Below, one piece after another: positions 62,955 through 64,000 of a stretch of 64,000 bases of DNA (positions are counted from its first letter, which is position 1; each line of letters opens with the position of its first letter). The position numbers and the translations under genes are program-made. Source of the stretch: Pristiophorus japonicus (lineage: Eukaryota); assembly GCF_044704955.1 (NCBI RefSeq), contig NC_091999.1:59210001-59274000 (forward strand). Reading direction: 5' to 3'. The notes beneath the pieces are model-generated. The model was not told where the DNA came from and made no database searches. It saw only the letters and a list, made by a program, of their open reading frames with translations.

Positions 62955-64000
62955 TTGGGGAGGAGTTAAACTAATATGGCAGGGGGATGGGAACCAATGC
63001 AGGGAGACAGAGGGTAACAAAAAGGAGGCAAAAGCAAAAGACAGAAAGGAGATGAGGAAAAGTGGAGGGCAGAGAAACCCAAGGCAAAGAACAAAAAGGG
63101 CCACTGTACAGCAAAATTCTAAAAGGACAAAGGGTGTTAAAAAAAACAGCCTGAAGGCTTTGTGTCTTAATGCAAGGAGTATCCGCAACAATGTGGATTA
63201 ATTAACTGTGCAAATAGATGTTAACAAATATGACGTGATTGGGATTACGGAGACGTGGCTCCAGGATGATCAGGGCTGGGAACTCAACATCCAGGGGTAT
63301 TCAACATTCAGGAAAGATAGAATAAAAGGAAAAGGAGGTGAGGTAGCATTGCTGGTGAAGGAGCAAATTAAGGCAATAGTTCGGAAGGACATTAGCTTGG
63401 ATGATGTGGAATCTATATGGGTAGAGCTCCAGAATACCAAAGGACAAAAAACGTTAGTGGGAGTTGTGTACAGACCTCCAAACAGTAGTAGTGATGTTGG
63501 GGAGGGCATCAAACATGAAATTAGGGGTGCGTGCAATAAAGGTGCAGCAGTTATAATGGGTGACTTTAATATGCTCATAGATTGGGTTAACCAAACTGGA
63601 AGCAATACGTTGGAGGAGGATTTCCTGGAGTGCATAAGGGATGTTTTTTTAGACCAATATGTCGAGGAACCAACTAGGGGGGAGGCCATCTTAGACTGGG
63701 TGTTGTGTAATGAGAGAGGATTAATTAGCAATCTCGTTGTGCGAGGCCCCTTGGGGAAGAGTGACCATAATAAGGTGGAATTCTACATTAGGATGGAGAA
63801 TGAAACAGTTAATTCAGAGACCATGGTCCAGAACTTAAAGAAGGGTAACTTTGAAGGTATGAGGCGTGAATTGGCTAGGATAGATTGGCGAATGATACTG
63901 AAGGGGTTGATTGTGGATGGGCAATGGCAGACATTTAGAGACCGCATGGATGAACTACAACAATTGTACATTCCTGTCTGGCGTAAAAATAAAAAAGGGA
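62955..64000 (+). mobile_element. Relatively young CR1 LINE: ORF1 end and ORF2 APE endonuclease, running off the window
   Basis: LNARSIRN, IGITETWL, GVVYRPP, IMGDFN, ILDWVL, GKSDHN; one premature TAA near 63200, otherwise open. Confidence 0.93.

Overview
Repeat-rich genomic DNA from a cartilaginous fish (shark/elasmobranch); most ORFs in the track are noise. The right third (48.2-60.4 kb, + strand) is an apparently intact IgM heavy-chain minicluster: promoter, leader, V, J, CH1-CH4 with secretory tail and poly(A) signals, with all exons open and phase-compatible. The TM exons are not found in the window. The key oddity is that the cluster has no free D segments. V runs straight into a D-like 15-16 nt stretch followed by a 22-spacer RSS, and the J, which is 5'-trimmed and carries a D-like prefix, sits behind a 12-spacer RSS. 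This reads as a partially germline-joined VD-DJ cluster needing a single RAG event, and a blunt join is already in frame (CDR3 ARDYSNGYATGY). The left two thirds hold 3-4 diverged copies of a segmental unit with conserved minus-strand micro-exon candidates, an internally deleted class I endogenous retrovirus (20.5-25.5 kb) inside a 27-bp minisatellite, many CR1 LINE fragments, Deu-type SINEs, and 27-, 38- and 67-bp tandem repeats. Repeat boundaries are approximate.
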